Source of the DNA: a bacterium
GTDB taxonomy: Bacteria > SAR324 > NAC60-12
DNA length: 64,000 nucleotides
Direction of reading: 5' to 3'
NCBI GenBank assembly: GCA_965233585.1
Contig: CBDDTI010000747.1
Location: 864,001 to 928,000 of the forward strand
The position numbers were made by a program, and so were the translations under genes. Below, one piece after another: positions 19,027-28,105 of the stretch (positions within the stretch are counted from its first letter, which is position 1; each line of letters begins with the position of its first letter). Below the pieces are notes generated by a model. It was not told where the DNA came from and did not search any database. It was given only the letters and a program-made list of their open reading frames with translations.

Positions 19027-20226
19027 CTAATTCACAATCGGCTTTGTCCCAGAACAAGCGATAACACTCCAATTGGTATAACCCCCTTGATGTCTAATTA
19101 AAGAATCTTGCAAATCGAACTGCTTGATACAATTTGACCTAGACTCTGTAATCTTTTGTTCTGACCAATTGGCATTTTTTAAAATATCTGCATAGTCATC
19201 TGTTTGGCAGTACAAGTGTTTCCATGTGTTGAAGACCTTAGCTAAACTCTCCCTATCTGTATTTTCTGTATCAGTAGTCAAAATATCTACTTTAATATCT
19301 TCAAATTTAAAATCTCTTAGCCACGAAGCTAATTTCCTTCCACTGTAAAAATCAGCTCCTGCTTCTCTTGCCATTTCGGCAAGGGTTCGGTATAGGCTAG
19401 ATATTTCTTCTCTATGAGGATACGCAATGATTAAATCATAATCTTCGCAGGTGACATAAACACGTCCACCCGGTTTAACAATTCTGTAAAGTTCTTTGAG
19501 AATGATTTGAGGTTGAGAAAAGATTTGGAGGCTGAGACGGCAGGTGACAAAATCAAAGGTATTATCAGCAACGCAGATAGATGTTGCATCAGCAATGAAA
19601 AAGTCTAGATTGTTGAGTACAAACTGCTTAGCTTGGGTACGCCCTTGCAAGATAGAATATTCTGCATGATCATAACCCGTGACAGCGGAGACGTTCATGT
19701 GTTTGGCAATCAAAGCAGTAAAATCCCCGCAACCGCAACAAACATCAGCAACAGACATTCCTTTTTTCAGACCATGTTTTACTAAAATATCTTTTTCTAA
19801 CTCCCATAAGATTCTGGTCTGGCTGCGCAATACGTCAACAATGTAGTCAGATTCCACTACAGATTGACCTTCGTAAAAATTCTCATCATAAACCTGTATG
19901 TAAACATTAGGAAGTTCTTCAAATTTGGAGAGGACACGTATCTGCCAGTCTATAATCTTGGTCACATTCAAAGTCAATTTGAGTCTATTGTCATCACTGA
20001 CCTGCTTAAAAAATTCAGCAAGATTCATCAAGGCAGAAGTGTTGATGTAATGGAGTTTACTGAAATCAAAAACTAACGCTCCTTTCACTTCTTGATAAAT
20101 TTTTTGCAAAAAAGAGGCAAAATCCTCTAAGGAACTCTTTCTCTTTTCTCTGAAATCACCAATGATGTGAATAGTTTGAGTAATAGAATCATATTCTAAC
20201 CTATATCTATAGCCTTCAATTTTCAC
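19027..20226 (-). CDS. Slr1659/STAS-like domain fused to a class I SAM-dependent methyltransferase
   Basis: N-terminal ~110 aa aligns by eye with 14719-15069 (FDFSKLHYINTSAL, IDWQ). It is followed by VADVCCGCG, DNTFDFVTCR and ELYRIVKPGGRV. Confidence 0.75.
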   Translation of the reverse strand: MKIEGYRYRLEYDSITQTIHIIGDFREKRKSSLEDFASFLQKIYQEVKGALVFDFSKLHYINTSALMNLAEFFKQVSDDNRLKLTLNVTKIIDWQIRVLSKFEELPNVYIQVYDENFYEGQSVVESDYIVDVLRSQTRILWELEKDILVKHGLKKGMSVADVCCGCGDFTALIAKHMNVSAVTGYDHAEYSILQGRTQAKQFVLNNLDFFIADATSICVADNTFDFVTCRLSLQIFSQPQIILKELYRIVKPGGRVYVTCEDYDLIIAYPHREEISSLYRTLAEMAREAGADFYSGRKLASWLRDFKFEDIKVDILTTDTENTDRESLAKVFNTWKHLYCQTDDYADILKNANWSEQKITESRSNCIKQFDLQDSLIRHQGGYTNWSVIACSGTKPIVN

Positions 20227-20261
20227 TATGAATCCTCTGGAAATAAAATAATTTAAAAAAT

Positions 20262-20720
20262 TTATGATGGAACATGGACGTCCAAAATGATAGTGTCTGA
20301 TTCAGGACTTTGCTGAAACTGAATGTTACACTCATAATCTTGTATCAAAAAAGCAAATCTAAAATGATTTGGATTCTCTGATTCTGTAATCCAATCATCT
20401 TTTTGTAGTTTTTCAGCATGTTCTATATATTGTTGGCATTCCAGTTCAGGGATTAACTTGGTTTGGCATGAGATACTGAAAGAATCCTCCTCTAAACTTA
20501 GGGAGATAAAAATAGAGCTATCTATCTCGCAAGCGTCAAAAAGATACTCTAGTAGCTCGTTCAAAACGACTGAGATAATATTCAGTGCTTTATCAGGGTT
20601 TTGAAACTCATGAGCCATATAAGATGCGATATAGTTAGCAGAGTCTCCACACTTTCCCCAAGATTTTTTTAAGTCCACTGCCTGCAATTCAATTGCGGTG
20701 TGTTGCTGCGCTGTTTCCAT
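20262..20720 (-). CDS. Slr1658-like HATPase-fold protein (shortened paralogue)
   Basis: WGKCGDSANY, VVLNELLEY and LIQDY parallel motifs in 15147-15713. Confidence 0.6.
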   Translation of the reverse strand: METAQQHTAIELQAVDLKKSWGKCGDSANYIASYMAHEFQNPDKALNIISVVLNELLEYLFDACEIDSSIFISLSLEEDSFSISCQTKLIPELECQQYIEHAEKLQKDDWITESENPNHFRFAFLIQDYECNIQFQQSPESDTIILDVHVPS

Positions 20721-20755
20721 ACTCTATACAAGATTAAATTAGACCGATTTAATGT

Positions 20756-21796
20756 TCAATGTTCCTGCTTTGTGTGTTGAATTTTTTGACGTCTGTCTTC
20801 CAAGGCATCTTCCACAAACCGCACAGCCTCGCACAATGAGACTTTGACTTGCTCTAGGTCATCAAGGCTTAGATTTTGTCCGTCATATTTGACTTGATTC
20901 AACAAAAATCCATCTTCCATTCTTTGAAAAAAATCAATGGTGTTATTGTCAGGTGATTTGACTTTTAAAGCCTGATAGACTTGCACAGGGTGATGCACCC
21001 CCTTAACCTGAATATCACCAACATATTTGCATTCTACGGAGTCTTTGACCAGCATATAGACCCCCGATGATATAAAAATTTCGTTAGGTTGTGCAAGGCT
21101 TTCTAAACGTGCAGCAATATTGACACCTCCGCCAATAGCCGTGTAGTCCATTCTATTTTTTGACCCAAAATCTCCAACGGTGCAATATCCAACATTAATT
21201 CCCACCCTTATCTGCATGGACTGGTTAATCCCCAACTCCCGACGCCACAGGTCATTGAGTAGCAATAGTTGGTTCTGCATTTCCAGTGCCATTTTGACAC
21301 AGCTAACTGCATGTGTTGCATCATCAGTAAAGATTGGATCGCCGAAAAAGACCATCACGGCATCGCCAATAAACTTGTCAATCGTCCCCCCGTATTTGAG
21401 GGCTGTCACCGCCATTCTGTCCAAATAGGCATTGAGCATCTCATGAAGTTGCTCTGACTCTATGGAGTCAGTCAATGCTGTAAAACCCACAATGTCAGAA
21501 AAAAAGATGACTAACTTCTTGCGATTGAAGGAGAGAGGACGTTCTACTTTCTGGTCACCTTGAGATGAAGGATTGAAAGACTCAGATTCAATTTCATGAG
21601 TAATAGACTCATAAATTTGAGGGGAGAGGTAAACCTTCATGCGGTCTCTAAGACGTTCTATACTGTCAACTTGAGCAGAAAGTTGTTCTTCTAAAGAAGA
21701 GGCATGATCAGCATTGTTGTCTAACATAATTTGCAAGAATTGCTTTTCTTCTTCCAATTCTTCTATCCTGTCTTTTAATTCTTGTTCAGAACTCAC
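20756..21796 (-). CDS. Class III adenylate/guanylate cyclase, cytoplasmic
   Basis: FFSDIVGFT, GGTIDKFIGDAVMVFFGDP, RVGIN, RMDYTAIGGGVNIAARLE. Confidence 0.93.
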   Translation of the reverse strand: MSSEQELKDRIEELEEEKQFLQIMLDNNADHASSLEEQLSAQVDSIERLRDRMKVYLSPQIYESITHEIESESFNPSSQGDQKVERPLSFNRKKLVIFFSDIVGFTALTDSIESEQLHEMLNAYLDRMAVTALKYGGTIDKFIGDAVMVFFGDPIFTDDATHAVSCVKMALEMQNQLLLLNDLWRRELGINQSMQIRVGINVGYCTVGDFGSKNRMDYTAIGGGVNIAARLESLAQPNEIFISSGVYMLVKDSVECKYVGDIQVKGVHHPVQVYQALKVKSPDNNTIDFFQRMEDGFLLNQVKYDGQNLSLDDLEQVKVSLCEAVRFVEDALEDRRQKIQHTKQEH

Positions 21797-21878
21797 AATC
21801 TCACAAATGTTAATTATGGCAAATCAGGTAGGATACAGAAGGTAAGAAATGTTTGCAAGTCATTTGTTGTAGAAAACT

Positions 21879-22529
21879 TCAACTGTTTGCAAAAAAGGGA
21901 ATGATAGAGTCAAAGTCTCTCTTTTCCCGCAGTTGATTTGCAGTTTTTTGAAGTTTCAGGGTTTGTGATAATTGCAGTAGAAGGTTGAGATGATTGTGAA
22001 GTGTCGTTGAAATGAGAATGAAAAAGACAAAAATAGGTGGATGCTGTTCTTCTGTGATGGGCTGTTTGGGAAAAAAGATGGAAATGATGGGTTGTTCCAG
22101 CTGTGTTAAAGGTCTTGGCAGATGAGGAATTGCAATGCCATTGCCTATTGAAGTAGAGGCAATGCGTTCTCGTTCTTGCAAAAGCGTTGCGATTTGCAAG
22201 GAAGGAGGAATCAGTTTGCCTGAAAACTCTTGTATTGTTTGAAAGGCGTCCTCTTTGGTTTGTAGGTCTAAATCGTGGTAGATTTTGCCAAGCCTGATTG
22301 ATGCAATCACATCAGAGTCTTTTTTAAAATTTTCAGTTTGTAGGACAGAAACTTGGTCAGAATTGATTCGCAAACCTTTTGATTTTGCCCAAGTTCTCAA
22401 GGTCTCTAAATCAAACAAATATTTTCCACCATGATACACGCATGGAATCGTGCCTTGACGAATCCAACGTTTAATGGTGCCTTCTGGAATTTTCAAAAAA
22501 TTGACCGCTTCTGAAACTGTAAGTTGCAT
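21879..22529 (-). CDS. Excisionase-type HTH fused to a PTS EIIA (Ntr/Fru-type) domain
   Basis: LTVSEAVNFLKIPEGTIKRWIRQGTIP and ERERIASTSIGNGIAIPH. Confidence 0.85.
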   Translation of the reverse strand: MQLTVSEAVNFLKIPEGTIKRWIRQGTIPCVYHGGKYLFDLETLRTWAKSKGLRINSDQVSVLQTENFKKDSDVIASIRLGKIYHDLDLQTKEDAFQTIQEFSGKLIPPSLQIATLLQERERIASTSIGNGIAIPHLPRPLTQLEQPIISIFFPKQPITEEQHPPIFVFFILISTTLHNHLNLLLQLSQTLKLQKTANQLREKRDFDSIIPFFANS

Positions 22530-22531
22530 AA

Positions 22532-23278
22532 CTAAAGCAAATATTGGTAAGCATTTTCAAATAATGAAAGACCTGTCTTGCCCTCATATCTGTTCCTTGT
22601 CCATTTGGGGTGGTGAGTGTAGTGAGTGAAGGCTTCAGGGTGAGGCATGAGACCCAAAACATTGCCTTGAACGTTGCACAAAGAGGCAATGCCCAGCGGC
22701 GAACCGTTAGGATTTACTGCGTGATACTTCAAAGGGACAAGGTGGTTTTGCTCAATGTCAGTTAACGTGGCATTAGGGATTTCTAGCCTACCCTCTCCGT
22801 GCCTCACAGGAAGCTCCAGCTTTTCAATACCTTTTGTTAAAAGGCAGGGTGAGTCACTTTTTGCTTGCAGATGCACCCAGCTGTTTTGAAACCGACCATT
22901 CGCATTAGCGGTTAAGGAAACCTGTTGTCTGCCTCCTGATGGCAAAACCCCCATTTTGACAAGCACTTGAAACCCGTTACAAATCCCCATCACCAACTTG
23001 CCTGACTCAATAAAGGCAGTCAATTCATCTTTTAACCGACCCGCTTGTCCACACTTCCAACGATTTGCTCCAATACGACCTGCACCCAGGTCATCTCCGT
23101 CTAAAAAACCACCTACCAAAATCACAAAACCATAATTTTTCAAAGCGACCCTGCCCTCAATCAATCTACTCATGTGAACGATTGCCGGAGCTTTGCCTGA
23201 CGCAAGCTGACAGGCGTGAGCTGTCTCAAGCTCACAATTCAATCCGTATCCTGATAAAATTAAAGTTGTCTCGTTCAT
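22532..23278 (-). CDS. purQ: Phosphoribosylformylglycinamidine synthase glutaminase subunit
   Basis: GLNCELET, GGFLDGD, GICNGFQ, HGEG, NPNGS, MPHPE. Confidence 0.93.
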   Translation of the reverse strand: MNETTLILSGYGLNCELETAHACQLASGKAPAIVHMSRLIEGRVALKNYGFVILVGGFLDGDDLGAGRIGANRWKCGQAGRLKDELTAFIESGKLVMGICNGFQVLVKMGVLPSGGRQQVSLTANANGRFQNSWVHLQAKSDSPCLLTKGIEKLELPVRHGEGRLEIPNATLTDIEQNHLVPLKYHAVNPNGSPLGIASLCNVQGNVLGLMPHPEAFTHYTHHPKWTRNRYEGKTGLSLFENAYQYLL

Positions 23279-23293
23279 TGGGCTTTAACTGCA

Positions 23294-23674
23294 TCAAAGT
23301 TTCAGAATGTCTTTGATTTTTTCTTCTAATGTTGCAGGAGAAAAGGGTTTGACAATGTAACCGTTGACTTTGTTTTGTGCAGCAAGCACGATGTTTTGTT
23401 TCAGTCGTTCTGCTGTGACCATCAACACAGGCAATGTTGCAAATTGATCGCTGGCACGAATGACTTTGAGCAAATCCAGTCCGCTCATTTCTGGCATATT
23501 CCAATCTGCAATGAGTAAATCAACCTTGTGCTGTTGGATTTTTGACCATGCTTCTTTGCCGTCTTTGGCAAGAATCACCGATGAAAAGCCCAGCTTCAAA
23601 AGCATTCCCGCTAGCAAACGTCTCATGTTTTCAATGTCATCAACTGCTAGTATAGTGATGTTTGACCTTTCCAA
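23294..23674 (-). CDS. cheY: Chemotaxis response regulator CheY
   Basis: Single receiver domain: VDD, DWNMPEMSG, VLMVTAE, GYIVKPF. Confidence 0.85.
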   Translation of the reverse strand: MERSNITILAVDDIENMRRLLAGMLLKLGFSSVILAKDGKEAWSKIQQHKVDLLIADWNMPEMSGLDLLKVIRASDQFATLPVLMVTAERLKQNIVLAAQNKVNGYIVKPFSPATLEEKIKDILKL

Positions 23675-23680
23675 AATGCT

Positions 23681-24679
23681 TTAGTTTAAAAGTGTTAAAT
23701 CTTGTTTGGCATTCGCTGCTGCAGTAGAGTCAGGGAATCGTTCAATCACAGCACGAAAATAGTATTTGGCTTTTTCCGCTTCATTTCTCATTGCATAAAT
23801 TTGACCAAGCATCTGAATCGCATCAGGGGTTTTATAGCCTTGAGAGGTTGGTCGGTGTTCGTAATTCCTCAAGACGCCTCGGAATTGTTCTTCTGCAAGG
23901 TCTAGCTTCTTCATTCTGAAGTAGGTATTCCCCAGCCAAAACATGGCATTGTCTCCATATTCATCATCAGGATAATCCTGCACAACGTTCATCAATAATT
24001 TGACTGCTTTTTGAGATTGATTTTGAAACAGGGCTTGCATGCCTTGGTCGTAAATTTTCTTGACAGGGGGGTAAGATTTCAGAGTATAAGGACGTTTCGG
24101 CTCATTTAAGTCAGGGTCACTATAAGGTTTCTTTGTAGTAGGAATGACAACAGGTTTGACGTTTTGAACCGTTTGTTTGGGCTTTTGAAGGGATTGAGGG
24201 CTTTCTCTCACAACCTTGGACTCATCGGGAGGAGGCAAGGGAACAGGAGCCACTTCAAGTGTTGTTTCTGGTTGTTTCGGAGTGGGGAAAAGCGGGAATT
24301 TTTCAATCAATTCCGTTTGTGGTGGTTCTTCATCAGGTTTAGTGATGGGGAGTTGCTCTACTTCAATAGGTTGGGATTGCTGCTGTCCAACAGCACGTTC
24401 CAACAAAGTAAAATTCTTGAGCATGACTTTTTGGAACTCATCATTTTGCAACTTCATTTGCAGAAGTTGTTCACGTAGCTGAGAGATTTCAGACGTTTGC
24501 TGACCGACCGTTTTTTCAAGGTCAATCACATCACGTCTCTTGGCATACTCTATGGTTTCTTTTTGGGGAAGAGGGGCGTCTTTCACTTGAGGGTCCGGCG
24601 TCATCGCAGTCTTGCTTTGGATTCGCTCCACTGCAGAACACCCTAACATCAAAAAGCTCAAGAAGATGCAAACTCTCAT
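23681..24679 (-). CDS. cpoB: CpoB/YbgF-like lipoprotein (coiled coil, Pro-rich linker, TPR)
   Basis: Lipobox LMLGC, DNAMFWLG, KTPDA, VIERFPDSTAA. Confidence 0.65.
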   Translation of the reverse strand: MRVCIFLSFLMLGCSAVERIQSKTAMTPDPQVKDAPLPQKETIEYAKRRDVIDLEKTVGQQTSEISQLREQLLQMKLQNDEFQKVMLKNFTLLERAVGQQQSQPIEVEQLPITKPDEEPPQTELIEKFPLFPTPKQPETTLEVAPVPLPPPDESKVVRESPQSLQKPKQTVQNVKPVVIPTTKKPYSDPDLNEPKRPYTLKSYPPVKKIYDQGMQALFQNQSQKAVKLLMNVVQDYPDDEYGDNAMFWLGNTYFRMKKLDLAEEQFRGVLRNYEHRPTSQGYKTPDAIQMLGQIYAMRNEAEKAKYYFRAVIERFPDSTAAANAKQDLTLLN

Positions 24680-25425
24680 GGATTCAACTGAGATTGCATT
24701 TCCAAAATTCTTTCAATTTCTCTGGCAAGCTCTTCTTGATTATTTGTGCGATATGCCAAAATCAAACTTCTTGCAACTTCTCTCTTTTTTGGATAGTTAG
24801 GATAATTTCGTAACAGATACAAATATCTTGATGCAGCAGCACGATAGGCTTCGTTTTCCAAATAAAAATCACTGACCAATTTTTCATGTTCTGACAGGTC
24901 TGCTAATGCCCTGCCTAAATATTGTCTTGCAGTCTCAAGGTAGGCGTTTTGAGGGTAGAGTAAAAAAAACCTTTGATATTCACGAATGATCTTTCGGTTC
25001 GGTTCCATATCACGATAAAAATCACGATCTTTAAAGATTGCTCCTAAAACATTGCGTTCGTAATTCAAAACAATGAGTTGCGTGATGACATAAGGGTTAA
25101 GGTGATGAGAGGGATTAAGGGTAAGAAAGGTGCGATAGTTTGTTTCTGCCTTGTCCCAGTCCTTACGTGCAAAGCTCAGTTCTGCCAGCTTGAGGTACGC
25201 AATAGAAGCAAGTCTTGAACCAGCATCTTGCTGGATTAATTCATTCAGACGTTCCTCAATCACTGCAACAGAGCCAGATTTTCGCTCAATGTCAATGACT
25301 TCGTAATACAGCTCACGAACGGGTTTGGTCTTCTTTTCAGAACAACCATGAATCCAAAGAAGACCTGCAATGACTAACAAAAACTTGATCTTCGTTAAAT
25401 TTTTTTTAAAAGGTGAAACTTTCAT
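24676..25425 (-). CDS. bamD: Outer membrane protein assembly factor BamD
   Basis: Lipobox IHGC, TPRs, LSEHEKLVSDFYL...AAASRY..LL.NYP. Confidence 0.8.
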   Translation of the reverse strand: MKVSPFKKNLTKIKFLLVIAGLLWIHGCSEKKTKPVRELYYEVIDIERKSGSVAVIEERLNELIQQDAGSRLASIAYLKLAELSFARKDWDKAETNYRTFLTLNPSHHLNPYVITQLIVLNYERNVLGAIFKDRDFYRDMEPNRKIIREYQRFFLLYPQNAYLETARQYLGRALADLSEHEKLVSDFYLENEAYRAAASRYLYLLRNYPNYPKKREVARSLILAYRTNNQEELAREIERILEMQSQLNP

Positions 25426-26312
25426 GTACGGGTTTTTTTATAACGAATCATTGTGATTTGGTTGCCTCTCTCGTTCCAGAAGACTTCGTCCATGAAGTGC
25501 CGAATTGCAATCAATCCTGAATAATTGGACTGGAAGACCCTCTCTGTCGTTTTAGGGTCTGGCACGTCTCTGTGGTCAAAACCTTTGCCTTCATCACGGA
25601 ACACGTACTTTGCAGAGTGAGCAGACAATTCATATTCAATGTGAACACGTCTATACTTGTAATCTTCCATTTGACGCCTGCTTTCTGCCTCACGCAAAAA
25701 CTGTTCAAAATTTCTACGTTTTAATTCTTGGTCAAGCTCTAAGTTTCCATAAAAAATAGCATTTTCCAGTGCTTCTGCCAGCATCACTCTGGTAATCGCC
25801 AGCTCACCTTTAGTTGCCAAATTGTAAAAAGGCAGACGTTGCGTAATGAAGGAAACAATCCCAAAGTAGTTCTCAAAATTGTTTCCAATCTCCAAAGTTT
25901 GAGATTCACTGACAGTGTTTTCCAAACAATAATCATCACACTGAATGTCTTCAGAACTTTGCAAAAGCCTGTGGTAAATGGCATGCACGAAAGCAACAGT
26001 CAAAGGCTTGGTCAAAAAACCAAATGCCCCCGCATTGATCGCACTCAAAATGCCATCAGTGTCGCGTTGTCCTGCAATGATGACCACAGGGACTGAAGGG
26101 TTCATCTCACGAATGACATTGATGAGTTCCAACCCACCCATTCTGGGCAAAGTCAAAGCACAAAAGATGGCATAAATCTTGTTTTTTTGAAGGATTTCAA
26201 GTGCCTCCTCAGCATTGTCAACAGTGATCTGTTCCACTTGCTGATTTGCACAAAATTCATGCAGTATCGCAAGGGTTTCCAAATGATCGTGAACGATTAA
26301 GAGTTTTGACAT
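25422..26312 (-). CDS. Atypical receiver domain plus HATPase_c_2 (anti-sigma kinase-like) domain
   Basis: REC fold (LP.MGGLELI, GAFGFLTKP) and C-terminal EALENAIFYGN, RDEGKGFD, FMDEVFWNERGN. Confidence 0.8.
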   Translation of the reverse strand: MSKLLIVHDHLETLAILHEFCANQQVEQITVDNAEEALEILQKNKIYAIFCALTLPRMGGLELINVIREMNPSVPVVIIAGQRDTDGILSAINAGAFGFLTKPLTVAFVHAIYHRLLQSSEDIQCDDYCLENTVSESQTLEIGNNFENYFGIVSFITQRLPFYNLATKGELAITRVMLAEALENAIFYGNLELDQELKRRNFEQFLREAESRRQMEDYKYRRVHIEYELSAHSAKYVFRDEGKGFDHRDVPDPKTTERVFQSNYSGLIAIRHFMDEVFWNERGNQITMIRYKKTRT

Positions 26313-26446
26313 ATTTTTTATCGGAGGTAAATTTGCCCAATTTGAGTCAAGTCTGATTTCTTGCCCACAACAGAACTTTTGATGGGGCTAAGTTAAAAGA
26401 GTCTCAAGAGATTGTCAACTGCTAGCATGATTCCTCCAAAGTCGCT

Positions 26447-27076
26447 TTACTTGATTGTCACTTCCACACGACTATTCAATGCACGTTGTTCTTCAATTTC
26501 TCCTGTAAAAGCAGGTCTGAACTCACCATAGCCAACGATTTGAATTTTTTCTTGCTCAATGCCTTCTTGAATTAAAAAATTGGCTACGGCAGAAGCACGC
26601 AATCCTGACAATGCCCAACGTGAAGGTCTGCCTGCCTCTTTAGAGTCTGCATGCCCTGTGACGACTAAATCATTTGGCAACCTGTAAAGAATTTTTGAAA
26701 ACTTTTCAAGTTCTTTTCTGGCTATTTCTGTCAATGTAATCTCCCCAGTTTGGAAGAGTGCTTTCGCATTGAATGAAATCACCGTACCTCGTTCTTCCAC
26801 GGAGACACTTGTATTGTCTGCCAACTCACTTTCTTCTATCTGTTGTTTGATGTTTCTAATGATGGCATCATTACCATCTAAAAGGTAGGGGCTTCCTGCA
26901 GGGGTAGGTTTAAAACTTTGTGCAGTGTCACGAAATTTTTCAAGATTCAGCTTGCACATGGAAAATAGCAAAATAAAAAAACAAAGTAGCAAAGTGACAA
27001 GGTCGCCATAAGTAAAAATCCATTCTTGGTCAAATGGTTCACAAACAGGACAATCTTCTTCATCAATCATTGCCAT
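26447..27076 (-). CDS. motB: Flagellar stator MotB / OmpA-family protein
   Basis: WIFTYGDLVTLLLCFFILLFSM transmembrane motif, VTGHAD, LSGLRA.AVA, GYGEFRP, NSRVEV. Confidence 0.88.
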   Translation of the reverse strand: MAMIDEEDCPVCEPFDQEWIFTYGDLVTLLLCFFILLFSMCKLNLEKFRDTAQSFKPTPAGSPYLLDGNDAIIRNIKQQIEESELADNTSVSVEERGTVISFNAKALFQTGEITLTEIARKELEKFSKILYRLPNDLVVTGHADSKEAGRPSRWALSGLRASAVANFLIQEGIEQEKIQIVGYGEFRPAFTGEIEEQRALNSRVEVTIK

Positions 27077-27573
27077 AGTCTTAACCCCCTAATTGTTTGA
27101 TTCAGTAAAAACTTTTTCAACCTCACTAACTTTTTTACAAGAATTTCCGAAGCCCTTGATTTTTTTGAAAAGTTAAAAAGCATTTTCTTGCAAGCTGACA
27201 GCAGAGCATGAAAATCCTCTATACAAAGCAAAAAAACGAGTCCATTTTCTAATGGTCTAAAAGTAAAAGTTTTGAAATGATTCTAACAGAATCTCCTGAC
27301 AACAACAATGGAGACGATGTCCAAACTCCTACAAGTACACAAAGCAGGCGTCTGCGTTCACAAAATCGCCAAAGATCAAAAACTGTCAGAGATGCGTATT
27401 CATTAAATCCTGTAAGAGGCAAGTTAGAATGAGACAAACAGCAAGAGATGTTTTAGTTTTTGCCTGTTGTTTTTTCATCAGTCATTGATTTTTTGATTGT
27501 TTATTTCAAACCTAGATTTTAATCAATTATTATTGACACAAGTATCAAGATTTGAGACGATACTTGTGTTGAT

Positions 27574-27594
27574 AGAGGGTCACACCTCTTTTTT
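27574..27594 (+). terminator. Short rho-independent terminator-like hairpin
   Basis: AGAGG-gtcaca-CCTCT followed by a T run. Confidence 0.4.
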
Positions 27595-27644
27595 AAAGTA
27601 TTATTTGCTTAACTTCTGCTGCTATTGATTAAATTAGGTCAGAT

Positions 27645-27902
27645 ATGATTGACACACTACAATATTCGCAAGACCTTATTGCTGTTGGCTTCACGCCTGA
27701 ACAAGCAAGGTTGCAAGCCAGTACACTTGTGAAAGCCATAGAAAAAAGCTCTGCCACCAAAGAGGATTTACTGCGTGTTGAAAACTCACTCAGAGAAGAA
27801 ATTGCTGGAATTAGAGGAGAAATCAAACTTGTCAAATGGATGCTGGCTCTGATCATTGTTGTGCAAGTGCGACCTTATCTTAAAACTTTTCTTGCAGGTT
27901 GA
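27645..27902 (+). CDS. DUF1640/CCDC90-like small membrane protein
   Basis: IDTL...LIAVGFTPEQA, ATKEDL, LVKWMLAL. Confidence 0.75.
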   Translation: MIDTLQYSQDLIAVGFTPEQARLQASTLVKAIEKSSATKEDLLRVENSLREEIAGIRGEIKLVKWMLALIIVVQVRPYLKTFLAG

Positions 27903-28105
27903 CCTTCCAGTCAGCAATCTCCCTCTAACTATCAAGCCATAACGGCTGTTTTTCAAAAAAGCCCCTTGCTTTTGGAGCGAGGAACTTATTAACCCCTAAA
28001 TTCAAGACCTTTTAAATCTACTTTAAACGTTTTTCTATGCAGCGTAGCTTTTCGTGTGGCAGAGATGATGCGGGATTTGACAATAGGTTGAGTCAATCTA
28101 TCATC

